From an uncultured Chloroflexia bacterium (GTDB taxonomy: Bacteria; Chloroflexota; Chloroflexia; Thermomicrobiales; UBA6265): 64,000 nucleotides of DNA. Under the pieces are notes generated by a model. That model saw only the letters and a list, made by a program, of their open reading frames with translations, made no database searches and was not told the origin of the DNA. The DNA lies in assembly GCA_963737985.1 (NCBI GenBank), contig CAVTUU010000001.1:130414-194413 (forward strand), given 5' to 3'. This document shows, in pieces, positions 10,691 to 19,308 of the stretch. The position numbers were made by a program, and so were the translations under genes. The stretch's first letter is position 1. Each line of letters begins with the position of its first letter.

Positions 10691-11725
10691 TTGTTTTGCC
10701 TCCGCGAACCACGTCATCAAAGAATAGATCGAATCGCTAAAGTCCTTGATTCTGCCAGTCTTGATTCCGCGATCAACCTCGTTGGCGAATAGGATGCTCT
10801 CGGTCGGAAACGCTGAGCTTGGAGCGCGTGCCACGCCGAACATCCGATTCGGATTCGATAGTCCCAACTCCCTCCCGACCGCAACCGGGTCGTTCTTTGC
10901 CGGCGCTGATCTCAGTACCACTGACAGTTCCAGTTGTTGATAGAGCTGATTTGACGCTCGATGGGCGTCGTCACCATGCAAGTCGAAGGACGCTAAATCT
11001 TGCGTCGCCTTCGCCAGATTTCCGGCAATCGACTGTTCCACAAATTGGAAAAGGCGATCAGCGGACAAACTCTCTGCCATTTCTCGAACATGCAAGACGC
11101 CGATCTGGTTGGGATGAGCAAAAAGAGCGAGTTTCGAGATTTCGGTCGAGAGCTGGTCAAGGTCCGGCGGGCGATCAAAACGAGGATTCGAAGGTTTCGC
11201 CGACCAGGATTGAGGAAACAATCCTTCGGCGAGCGCCTGCGCAGCCTGCTGATCAATGCTCGAACCCGCGAACGTCGCCTGCGATTGCATCCACCCGATC
11301 AAAGTGTTTCCTCGCGGAGGTTCACTCGTCAAGATTCGAACGTCTTTCGAAAGTGCCTTAGCGATTTGCTGTGGAACTGCTGATAGCGATTGCTCAACTA
11401 AAATAAGAAGGTTATCTGGATGCACTGAAGATAGGAGAGTGCCTATTTCCGTCGTAGTCGCCGCGTTCCTTGAACTTCGATTTGAATCCTCCAGCGTCTC
11501 GTCAGCCGCGCCGCGAGAGGACTTCGAGAGCAGGTCATCAACAATGATGACGCGGCCTGTGCCGAAAAACGAAGGTGTGCCCGCCATCGACGTTATTTCA
11601 GCGACCTTTGCCGTTTTGCCATCAAGTCGAGAGGTATTCGTTCCGTCACGATCATGGTCTGAGGCAAGTCTCTTTGTTTCAGTTCTGCAGATCGCTGCAT
11701 CAGGTCCAAGAACGATGGCAATCAT
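10661..11725 (-). CDS. holA: DNA polymerase III delta subunit (HolA-like)
   Basis: N-terminal IVLGPD, TPSFFGTGRVIIVDD, LSTEISKLALF; ~350 aa; adjacent to rpsT as in many bacteria. Confidence 0.8.
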   Translation of the reverse strand: MIAIVLGPDAAICRTETKRLASDHDRDGTNTSRLDGKTAKVAEITSMAGTPSFFGTGRVIIVDDLLSKSSRGAADETLEDSNRSSRNAATTTEIGTLLSSVHPDNLLILVEQSLSAVPQQIAKALSKDVRILTSEPPRGNTLIGWMQSQATFAGSSIDQQAAQALAEGLFPQSWSAKPSNPRFDRPPDLDQLSTEISKLALFAHPNQIGVLHVREMAESLSADRLFQFVEQSIAGNLAKATQDLASFDLHGDDAHRASNQLYQQLELSVVLRSAPAKNDPVAVGRELGLSNPNRMFGVARAPSSAFPTESILFANEVDRGIKTGRIKDFSDSIYSLMTWFAEAKQEKATRRSSS

Positions 11726-11769
11726 TTGGCAGATGAACTCTCCACGACGCACAATAGTGCAAGAAAAAT

Positions 11770-11927
11770 GGCCAGCCCCACCTGAGCCGTGTGCATCGGA
11801 GTCTCGAACCTGCTCTCGCAGGTGGGCGCCACGCCCCAGTGTGCCAAGACACCCAGTTTGCGGCTCCCGAAACTCATTCTATCGGCCCGAGACCACGAAG
11901 ATCATCACGTACACTGCAGGGCTGGCC
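11770..11927 (-). ncRNA. ssrS: 6S RNA (SsrS)
   Basis: Ends pair (GGCCAGCCC / GGGCTGGCC). Internal motifs recognised as 6S-like: CCCTGCAGTGTACGTG, GGGAGCC, CCCACCTG..CAGGTTCGAG, CACACGGC. U-rich tract follows; promoter upstream. Not confirmed with a covariance model. Confidence 0.8.
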
Positions 11928-11934
11928 TCGAACG

Positions 11935-11964
11935 AGGGTAACACGCAGATTCAACGTGGTACAA
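11935..11964 (-). promoter_or_regulatory. Putative sigma70-type promoter for the 6S RNA
   Basis: TTGTAC-N18-TACCCT with a TG extension (TGtTACCCT), 7 nt before the predicted RNA 5' end. Confidence 0.5.
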
Positions 11965-12069
11965 CATCAAAAGGGACTTGTCGCATAGTGAGCGGAAGAC
12001 GTTGTAGGATCATCGAAACATGAAGCGTCACAGCATGCATTTTTGAAGCCGAAAACACGGAGAATACCA

Positions 12070-13317
12070 TTGGCCGAATCCAAAATGCGGGTCGTTATTA
12101 CAGGTATGGGAATCGTTTGCCCGCTCGGAAGCGATGCCGAATCCGCGTGGTCGGAGGCCAAGAAAGGGATCTCTGGCGCCGGGCCCATCACGAGATTCGA
12201 TCCCACAGGCTATGAAACAACGTTTGCAGCGGAAGTGAGGGATTTTGATCCAGAAGCGAGAGTAGGTCGCAAAGAAGCGCGGCGAATGGATCGATACACC
12301 CAATTCGCGGTCGCTGCCGCACTGGAAGCTGCCAGTCAAGCATGCCTGACCAAGGGCGCCATTCCTGGAGAGCGCATCGGCGCGCTTATCGGTACGGGCA
12401 TGGGCGGAGTTGAAACAATCGAACAAGGAGCTGAGACACTTCTTACCCAGGGACCTCGCCGGCTAGGACCATTCTTCATTCCGATGCTCTTGCCGAACAT
12501 GGCTTCGGGCGCGGTTGCGATCGCAATCGGTTCGAAGGGTCCCAACTTTGCTCCGATTTCGGCGTGCGCCAGCGCAGGACACGCCATCGGCGAAGCAACA
12601 CTTGCTATTCGCCGTGGCGCTGCCGACGTGATGTTGGCGGGCGGCTCAGAAGCTCCAATCGCCCGGCTAGGAGTTGCCGGCTTCAACGCGATGGGCGCGC
12701 TCTCCACTCGAAACGACAACCCGCGGGCCGCCAGTCGTCCATTTGACGCTGAACGTGATGGGTTCGTTCTCGGCGAAGGTGGAGCGGTGCTCGTTCTCGA
12801 GGAGCGCAGTCACGCGATTTCGCGAGGCGCGAACATTCTCGGAGAAGTCTTGGGGTATGGCGCAACCGACGATGCAAATCACATCGTTCAGCCTGGACCT
12901 GGGGGAGAAGGAGCGGCGAGAGCTATCGGGATTGCATTCGCAGACGCTGGTCTTGAACCAACTGACATTGATTACATCAACGCGCACGGGACATCGACGC
13001 AACTGAACGAGAAGCTCGAAACCGAGGCGATCAAACGCGCCTTCGGCGATCATGCTTACAAAATTCCAATTAGTTCTACGAAATCAATGACTGGACACCT
13101 TCTTGGGGCCGCGGGCTCAGTCGAAGCTTCATTTAGCCTGCTTGCAATCCGTGATCAATGCTTGCCGCCGACAATCAACTTCGAAACACCTGATCCCGAC
13201 TGCGATCTCGATTACGTACCAAACGTCGCAAGGGACGCAACCGTCAGGCATGTGCTCAGCAACTCAATGGGGTTTGGAGGACACAACGTCGCGCTGATAT
13301 TCGGTCCCGGCGATTAG
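12070..13317 (+). CDS. fabF: Beta-ketoacyl-ACP synthase II
   Basis: RVVITGMG, SACAS (catalytic Cys), SRPFDAERDGFVLGEG, NAHGTST, KSMTGHLLGAAG, SNSMGFGGHN. Start either TTG 12070 or ATG 12085. Confidence 0.95.
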   Translation: MAESKMRVVITGMGIVCPLGSDAESAWSEAKKGISGAGPITRFDPTGYETTFAAEVRDFDPEARVGRKEARRMDRYTQFAVAAALEAASQACLTKGAIPGERIGALIGTGMGGVETIEQGAETLLTQGPRRLGPFFIPMLLPNMASGAVAIAIGSKGPNFAPISACASAGHAIGEATLAIRRGAADVMLAGGSEAPIARLGVAGFNAMGALSTRNDNPRAASRPFDAERDGFVLGEGGAVLVLEERSHAISRGANILGEVLGYGATDDANHIVQPGPGGEGAARAIGIAFADAGLEPTDIDYINAHGTSTQLNEKLETEAIKRAFGDHAYKIPISSTKSMTGHLLGAAGSVEASFSLLAIRDQCLPPTINFETPDPDCDLDYVPNVARDATVRHVLSNSMGFGGHNVALIFGPGD

Positions 13318-13368
13318 CCGATTCGCCAACCAGGGTGAGTTTTCAGCTGAATTAATTGGAGTCTTTGC

Positions 13369-14520
13369 CTAATCGAGATAACCCCTTAGCTTGCGACTAT
13401 AGGTGGGGTGCCTCAATTTTCGCAGCGCTTTTGCCTCAATTTGTCGAATCCGCTCGCGCGTGATTCCGAACTCGCGACCGACCTCTTCGAGCGTCCGGAA
13501 ACGACCATCGTCGAGCCCGAACCGCAATACGATGATCTTTCGCTCGCGCTCTGTCAATTTGTTGAGCGCGTCGCTTATTTGTGACTTCAATAATTGCTGA
13601 GAAGCAAGCTCGATCGGCTGAGGCATCGTCTCGTCTTCAATGAAGTCACCGAGAAATGCGTCGCCGTCTTGCCCGACAGGAGCTTCGAGCGAAACGGGAT
13701 GTCGAGAAACATCCAGGACTTGTCGGACCTTATCATCCGAAATATCCATTGCCCGGGCGATTTCTTCTTGTGTTGGTTCCCGCTCGAGAATCTGTTGCAA
13801 GCGATGACCGGTCTTTTTGACCCGGTTAATCGTTTCGCCCACGTGAACTGGTAATCGAATGGTGCGGCTTTGGTCAGAGATCGCGCGAGTGATTGCTTGA
13901 CGAATCCACCAGGTGGCATAAGTGCTGAACTTGTAGCCGCGTGTGTAATCGAACTTATCGGTGGCTTTCATAAGGCCGATGTTGCCCTCCTGAATCAGGT
14001 CCAGGAAAGACAATCCGCGGCCGACATACTTCTTCGCAACCGAAACGACCAATCGCAAATTGGCCTGAATGAGGTGGGCGCGCGCTCGATCGCCATCCAG
14101 TTGATCGGCGAGCAATTCTTCGCGTTCGTCTCGGGTCAAATCAATGATTTGGAGTCTGTGCTCGCCGACTTTTCCTCGCTCCATCCGCTTGGCGAGCCAA
14201 ACTTCTTCTTGCATCGTAAGGAGATCTGTTTCACCGATCTCTTGGAGGTAGAGCCGCACAGAGTCGCTGACCCCGACTGAGAGCGCATCTGCAGCTTCTG
14301 CACGGTCGACCGGCGGCAATTCCTTCAATTTGATTGGATATTTGGCCGGTGCTTGATCGACGACGTCGATCCCTTCGGCAACGAGGGAGGAATAAAACTC
14401 ATCAAGTCCATCAACGTTTTCTTCCGCGTTTGGGAAGAGCGCGATGATGTCATCAGAAAGAAGGAAACCCTGGTCTTTACCTTTGGCAATGAGGCTCGTC
14501 ACCATAGAACGCTTCACCAC
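13369..14520 (-). CDS. RpoD-family (sigma70 group 1/2) RNA polymerase sigma factor
   Basis: Region 1.1-like N-terminus, [57 protein letters not shown]. Start may be ATG 14505. Confidence 0.95.
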   Translation of the reverse strand: MVKRSMVTSLIAKGKDQGFLLSDDIIALFPNAEENVDGLDEFYSSLVAEGIDVVDQAPAKYPIKLKELPPVDRAEAADALSVGVSDSVRLYLQEIGETDLLTMQEEVWLAKRMERGKVGEHRLQIIDLTRDEREELLADQLDGDRARAHLIQANLRLVVSVAKKYVGRGLSFLDLIQEGNIGLMKATDKFDYTRGYKFSTYATWWIRQAITRAISDQSRTIRLPVHVGETINRVKKTGHRLQQILEREPTQEEIARAMDISDDKVRQVLDVSRHPVSLEAPVGQDGDAFLGDFIEDETMPQPIELASQQLLKSQISDALNKLTERERKIIVLRFGLDDGRFRTLEEVGREFGITRERIRQIEAKALRKLRHPTYSRKLRGYLD

Positions 14521-14573
14521 CTCACGTACTGAGCGCAGCCGTTGGAGCGATGAGAGGGAGACGGGCGCGCGGC

Positions 14574-14605
14574 AAACAAAACCCCCACCCTGCAGCTCGG
14601 TGGGG
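14574..14605 (-). terminator. Intrinsic-terminator-like hairpin inside the sigma factor 5' leader
   Basis: Minus strand CCCCACC-(9 nt)-GGTGGGG, then G-TTTTGTTT; lies between promoter and CDS. Confidence 0.65.
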
Positions 14606-14622
14606 ACCGTCGATCGGGTTTC

Positions 14623-14658
14623 CTAATTTGGAGGAACGCGGGTTCCGCGGGCTGTCAT
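14623..14658 (-). CDS. Putative 11-aa leader peptide MTARGTRVPPN
   Basis: GAGGGG immediately before TC-ATG; TAG lies 17 nt before the terminator stem. Confidence 0.4.
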   Translation of the reverse strand: MTARGTRVPPN

Positions 14659-14700
14659 GACCCCTCGCCAATTGCATGCGATTGCGGTATTCGTGCCTGG

Positions 14701-14729
14701 AGTCTAGCGTAGGTTTAAAGACTTTTCAA
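14701..14729 (-). promoter_or_regulatory. Sigma70-type promoter for the sigma factor gene
   Basis: TTGAAA-N17-TAGACT. Confidence 0.7.
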
Positions 14730-14791
14730 GGTCTCCGGTAGTTTCTTATGCAGAATACCTTGCAATGCTCACTCAAAAGAAGGGAAAACAC

Positions 14792-16129
14792 CTAATCGTC
14801 TCCCTGGTCGCCACCGCTCGTCGGCATTGCTCCATGGTCGATTGGAATCGTCGTTTCTTCAACTTCTCGAGTCGGTTTGGGGACCGGTTTTCGCAGAGAC
14901 CAGCCACCTGCCGGATTGCTACGTGCCGTATCGACCAGCTTGACGCCGATGACGAGCACAAGCGCTGCTGCGATCGCCAGTATTTTGTAAAGCGAATTGC
15001 CTCCGCCTGACGAATTGTCTGAACTACCTGAAGAATCTACGGATTCAAGTGATGGAGCTAGCGTGGGGGATCCAACTGGCACTACGGCTTTCGAAGGCGT
15101 GGCGGCCGAAGGAGCAAGATTCCTCGCGACTTGGCCCGTCGTTGCGCCTCCGACGACAACAGAATTCGCTACAAGCGCCGCGGCTGGATCGACATAACTT
15201 ACAACATCGCCAACAAACGGCTTACCTGATTTCTCTCGTTCGGCCTTTGTATCGAACGCATAATCGAGCAGCACGCGGTTGTCGTCGTACCAGTCGTCGG
15301 GCGCAACGCCGTCAAGTGTCACCGAAATCATGGTTGTGTCGCCGCGCTTAGCGACTTCGATCAAGCAATAACCCGCATCATCGTCATAGCCTGTCTTGCC
15401 TCCGATAATGCCGGGATAGGTATTCAGCATTTTGTTCGTGTTGGTGACTTCGTATCCTCCTGATTGTGTGTCATAGATTGGAGTGGAGATTAAGTCAACG
15501 AATGTCGGGTACTGCAACGCGTATCGAGTGAATGCGGCAAGGTCGTATGCAGAAGAGTAGTGGTTTGGGACTCCCCAACCGTGGGGATTTGACAGGTGAG
15601 TGTCTACCAGACCCATCGCCAGCAAGCGCTGATTCATCCAATCAACAAATCGATTAGACGAATCTTCTCCGGTCTTGTCGCCATCCTCTGCGCCGAGTCC
15701 CCTGGCGATTGCGTGGGCAGCGTCATTGCCCGAAGGGAGCATCATCCCGTAAAGAAGATCCTTGAGACTAAATATTTCGCCGGGACCGAAGCCCATCGTC
15801 GTCGCCGCGGCGTCCATCATGTCGCTGTCGTCGGTCGTAATATCAGCGGTCAATGGCGCTCGGTTGAGCGCCTCGATGGTCGTGAAAACTTTCGTCAAGC
15901 TTGCCATTGGCGCGTGGTGATGAGCACCTCGCTGGGCGTAAATCTCTCCCGTATCAGCGTCAAGGACAACATAGTACTTCGAGGTTATTTGGAGTTCAGG
16001 CACCTCTTGAGCGCCGATAGGTCGAGCAACGAACGCGCTGCCAAAAAGCCAAACCGCAATGAGCGCGCGGGCGACTCTATGGCAGGTCAGATTTCGACAA
16101 AATTGAGCGGGGCGTTTCGAAGGCATCAT
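14792..16129 (-). CDS. Serine D-alanyl-D-alanine carboxypeptidase (peptidase S11) with C-terminal membrane anchor
   Basis: ASLTK (SxxK), SGN (SxN), KTG, NPHGW; signal peptide; Ser/Pro-rich linker then a TM helix. Start uncertain. Confidence 0.9.
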   Translation of the reverse strand: MMPSKRPAQFCRNLTCHRVARALIAVWLFGSAFVARPIGAQEVPELQITSKYYVVLDADTGEIYAQRGAHHHAPMASLTKVFTTIEALNRAPLTADITTDDSDMMDAAATTMGFGPGEIFSLKDLLYGMMLPSGNDAAHAIARGLGAEDGDKTGEDSSNRFVDWMNQRLLAMGLVDTHLSNPHGWGVPNHYSSAYDLAAFTRYALQYPTFVDLISTPIYDTQSGGYEVTNTNKMLNTYPGIIGGKTGYDDDAGYCLIEVAKRGDTTMISVTLDGVAPDDWYDDNRVLLDYAFDTKAEREKSGKPFVGDVVSYVDPAAALVANSVVVGGATTGQVARNLAPSAATPSKAVVPVGSPTLAPSLESVDSSGSSDNSSGGGNSLYKILAIAAALVLVIGVKLVDTARSNPAGGWSLRKPVPKPTREVEETTIPIDHGAMPTSGGDQGDD

Positions 16130-16210
16130 TGCTCGGACCAGCGAAAACCATTCTTCGGCTTGTAAACAACGACGCGAGTGAACTTCCTTGAACGATTCAG
16201 CGCGAAGCGT

Positions 16211-16245
16211 AACAAAAACCCTGACAGTCATCGCTGTCAGGGTTT
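16211..16245 (-). terminator. Intrinsic terminator after tRNA-Val
   Basis: 12-bp stem AAACCCTGACAG / CTGTCAGGGTTT, 6-nt loop, minus-strand TTTTTGTT tail. Confidence 0.85.
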
Positions 16246-16253
16246 CATTTGGG

Positions 16254-16327
16254 TGGGCGACACTGGACTCGAACCAGTGACCTCCACGATGTCAACGTGG
16301 CGCTCTAACCAACTGAGCTAGCCGCCC
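16254..16327 (-). tRNA. tRNA-Val(GAC)
   Basis: GGGCGGCTAGCTCAGTTGGTTAGAGCG CCACG-TTGACAT-CGTGG AGGTC ACTGGTTCGAGTCCAGT GTCGCCCA: cloverleaf with anticodon GAC. Confidence 0.97.
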
Positions 16328-16352
16328 AAGATTCGTCAAATGACGCTTGCAG

Positions 16353-16382
16353 AGTATAGAGATTTGCTCAAATCCGTGTCAA
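16353..16382 (-). promoter_or_regulatory. Near-consensus sigma70 promoter for tRNA-Val
   Basis: TTGACA-N18-TATACT. Confidence 0.75.
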
Positions 16383-16408
16383 GGATCGTTACATTCACAA
16401 TCGAATTG

Positions 16409-16810
16409 CTAATGACCAAGCACCCAAACCGAATTGAGGCGGGAGTGCCACTTCAATTCAGTCTTCCCGAAATGAGACATCAGTCTGACTGCCTCATCAC
16501 GCAACAATCGCAAATGTGGCTTTTTGATCTTCCAAACCCCGTTGACTTGGTTGATGACGAGCATGCTATCGCCGTGAATCGTAACGCTCACTTCCTTTGA
16601 GTGGTCGTTCACGAGTTCGAGCAGCCTTTCAAGGGCCTTAAGGAGGGTCATGTACTCAGCTTCATTGTTCGTAATCTGCTCGCCCTGTTCGCTAAAACTC
16701 AATCTATCTCGTATGCAGAGGTCCCCTGGTCCACTGATTTCAAAGCTTCCATATCCTTGGCCAGGGTTTCCGATAGCGCCTCCGTCAAACACGATCGAAT
16801 ACTCTGTCAC
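16409..16810 (-). CDS. Ribonuclease HI family protein
   Basis: FDGGAIGNPG, TNNEAEY, GDSMLVINQVNGVWKIK; GTG start after AGGAG. Confidence 0.88.
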   Translation of the reverse strand: MTEYSIVFDGGAIGNPGQGYGSFEISGPGDLCIRDRLSFSEQGEQITNNEAEYMTLLKALERLLELVNDHSKEVSVTIHGDSMLVINQVNGVWKIKKPHLRLLRDEAVRLMSHFGKTELKWHSRLNSVWVLGH

Positions 16811-16883
16811 TAAGTGCTCCTGTTGAACGTAAAGCGAGTGACGGCCAAATGCCGCCACTCGCTCCAAGGTTTGCAGTCGATCT

Positions 16884-18968
16884 TTAAACGTGGGCGGCTT
16901 CGTGCTGCTTGACAGCCTCTGCCTTAATCTGCTCCGCAATGTGGGCGGGCACTTGCTGATAATGCGAGAACTCAGTGGTAAACGAGCCGCGACCTTGCGT
17001 TATCGATCGCAAATCGGTTGCATACCGTTGAACTTCGGCGGCTGGTACTGACGCTTCAATCGTTGTCATTTCATTGCTGCCTTGGTTCATGCCGCTCACG
17101 TGAGCACGCTTCCCGTTGAGATCTCCCATGACGTCTCCGGTGTTGCCCTCGGGGACTGTTACTCGCAACGTCAAAATCGGTTCGAGCAGCACCGGTTTTG
17201 CTTGAAGCACGCCCTTCTTGATTGCTTCTTTCGAGGCAATCTTGAATGCCATCTCATTCGAATCGACGTCATGATAGCTCCCGTCGGTCAAGGTTACTCT
17301 CATATTGACAATCGGATAGCCCGCGAGTGGGCCGCCATCAAGCGCTTCCCTCACGCCCTTTTCCACAGCGGGAAAAAAGTTCTTCGGGACCGATCCTCCG
17401 ACAACCTTCACACCGAACTCAAAATCTGAGTCCTGGAGCGGTTCGAGCTCCAGGAAAACGTGACCGTACTGCCCGGCGCCGCCCGTCTGTTTCTTATGCT
17501 TGTATTCGGCCAGCGTCTTCGCCGTGATTGTTTCGCGATAGGCAACGCGAGGCAGTCCTATATCAACGTTCACGCCAAAGCGACGAGTCATCCGATCGAG
17601 CGCGATTTGAACATGCGGTTCGCCAAGACCGGCGAGAATCGTTTCGCCAGTCACCGGATCGCGACTTAAGTGAAGGGAGGGATCCTCTTCTGAAAGACGC
17701 GCCAGGGCTTGTCCCATCTTGTCGAGGTCGGCTTTGGTCCTTGGGCTAACGGCTGCCGCATACGAAGAAGGAGGAAACTGAATATCTGGAAGGACGAAGT
17801 TCTTCCCTTCATCCGTCAATGTGTCGGACGTGGTCGTGATCGCGAGTTTGCCGACTGCTCCGATGTCTCCAGCGGTAACCGTATCAGTCGGCAAATGTTC
17901 TTTTCCACGAATGTAAAAGAGTTGACCGGAGCGTTCTGGTTTGCCTTTGGAGGCGTTAAAAACTGTTGAGTTTGACTTGAACGTACCTGACACAACGCGG
18001 AAATATGAGACTCGACCGACATGCGGGTCCGCAAGCGTTTTGAATACGAATGCCGCAAGTGGACCGTTTTCAATTGCTGCGAGTTGGGTCTCGTCGCCGT
18101 TTGAGCGCGCATCGAACGTCCTGCTCGCCGCTGAAGGTAAATAATCAATGATTGCATCAAGCAGTGGCTGAATTCCTCGATTGCTCGTCGCTGCTCCGCA
18201 CAGAACAGGAATGACAAGACCGGCTTCGACGCAGTGCTCGAGTCCGGCAACGAGTTCTTCAGTGGTGATCACATCGTCTTCAAGGTAGCGAACCATCAAG
18301 TCTTCGTCTTGTTCCGCGATGGCCTCGACGAGCTGGAGACGAAACTGCCGGCACTGTTCTTGAAGCTCTGTCGGGATCGGTCCAGATTCGAAGCCGCCGT
18401 CGCGATTTTCATGGAACGAGTGCGCAGTTTCAGAGAGTAAATCAACAATGCCACTGAATGTCTTTTCGCTGCCAATCGGAAACTGAATTGGAGCGACAGC
18501 CTTTCCAAATGTCGAGCGCGCTGATTCCAATGCCTTGGCAAAATCAGCGTTCTCTCGATCCATTTTATTGATGAAGATAAGGCGAGGAATTCCTTGCTCT
18601 TCGGCGAGCCTCCAGGCTTGTTCCGTCCCGACTTCGACTCCAGCGGAAGCATCCATCAGAATGATCGCGGCGTCTGAAGCGCTGAGCGCCGATTTCACTT
18701 CTCCCAAAAAGTCGGCGTAGCCAGGAGCATCAAGGACGTTGATTTTTGTGTCGCGCCATTCTACCGGTGCGACCGCAGTGCTGACTGAAATGTGTCGTTT
18801 GGTCTCGTCGGGGTCAAAGTCACAGACCGTGTTGCCGTCTTCGACACGGCCCAGTCGCGTAATGGCTTTGGTGTCAAACAAAAGGGCTTCGGCAAGCGAC
18901 GTCTTCCCGGCGCCGCCGTGCGAAAAGAGCCCAACGTTGCGAATCCGATCGGCAGGGTACTGCTTCAC
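16884..18968 (-). CDS. fusA: Elongation factor G paralogue (EF-G2 type)
   Basis: Full five-domain EF-G (YRETI, KKQTGGAGQYG, DGSYHDVDS, LRSITQGRG) with divergent G motifs (SHGGAGKTS, RHISV); not in an rpsL-rpsG-tuf operon. Confidence 0.92.
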   Translation of the reverse strand: MKQYPADRIRNVGLFSHGGAGKTSLAEALLFDTKAITRLGRVEDGNTVCDFDPDETKRHISVSTAVAPVEWRDTKINVLDAPGYADFLGEVKSALSASDAAIILMDASAGVEVGTEQAWRLAEEQGIPRLIFINKMDRENADFAKALESARSTFGKAVAPIQFPIGSEKTFSGIVDLLSETAHSFHENRDGGFESGPIPTELQEQCRQFRLQLVEAIAEQDEDLMVRYLEDDVITTEELVAGLEHCVEAGLVIPVLCGAATSNRGIQPLLDAIIDYLPSAASRTFDARSNGDETQLAAIENGPLAAFVFKTLADPHVGRVSYFRVVSGTFKSNSTVFNASKGKPERSGQLFYIRGKEHLPTDTVTAGDIGAVGKLAITTTSDTLTDEGKNFVLPDIQFPPSSYAAAVSPRTKADLDKMGQALARLSEEDPSLHLSRDPVTGETILAGLGEPHVQIALDRMTRRFGVNVDIGLPRVAYRETITAKTLAEYKHKKQTGGAGQYGHVFLELEPLQDSDFEFGVKVVGGSVPKNFFPAVEKGVREALDGGPLAGYPIVNMRVTLTDGSYHDVDSNEMAFKIASKEAIKKGVLQAKPVLLEPILTLRVTVPEGNTGDVMGDLNGKRAHVSGMNQGSNEMTTIEASVPAAEVQRYATDLRSITQGRGSFTTEFSHYQQVPAHIAEQIKAEAVKQHEAAHV

Positions 18969-19308
18969 CGTCTTCCTCCATCGAACGATCCGAGATAGAA
19001 GACAGCGTGGGAGTCACGCGAAGTTACGGGCGTCCTGTTCTCCTGGTGACGCCTTCGTCACTGCGGTGAATCTCGAACACTGTACGCCGTTTCGCTCACG
19101 TGGCTTGCCGCGAACCGGCACGGTCGCGATCGCGAAAGAGTGCGCCGAACTTCCAGAGGTCGTTCCATCGTGGGATTGGCGCTCGCGGCGTGCCCTATTA
19201 TAGAAGCCTGAACAATTGAGGCAACAACACAACTGGGACCGCGCAGATATTGTGCGCTTGTTTTGACGGCCTCATGCGACCGTGACCTCGGGAAAGGAAT
19301 CCAGAAAC

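Noticed and set aside
11256..12023. 255-aa + strand ORF and similar long antisense ORFs (e.g. 46771-47871, 52044-52922)
   Set aside because: Shadow frames of well-supported genes, with no recognisable motifs.
16250..16330. tRNA as an island integration site; missing CCA
   Set aside because: No integrase, no duplicated tRNA 3' end noticed, housekeeping flanks; ACCCA is either a non-encoded CCA or a 1-nt error.
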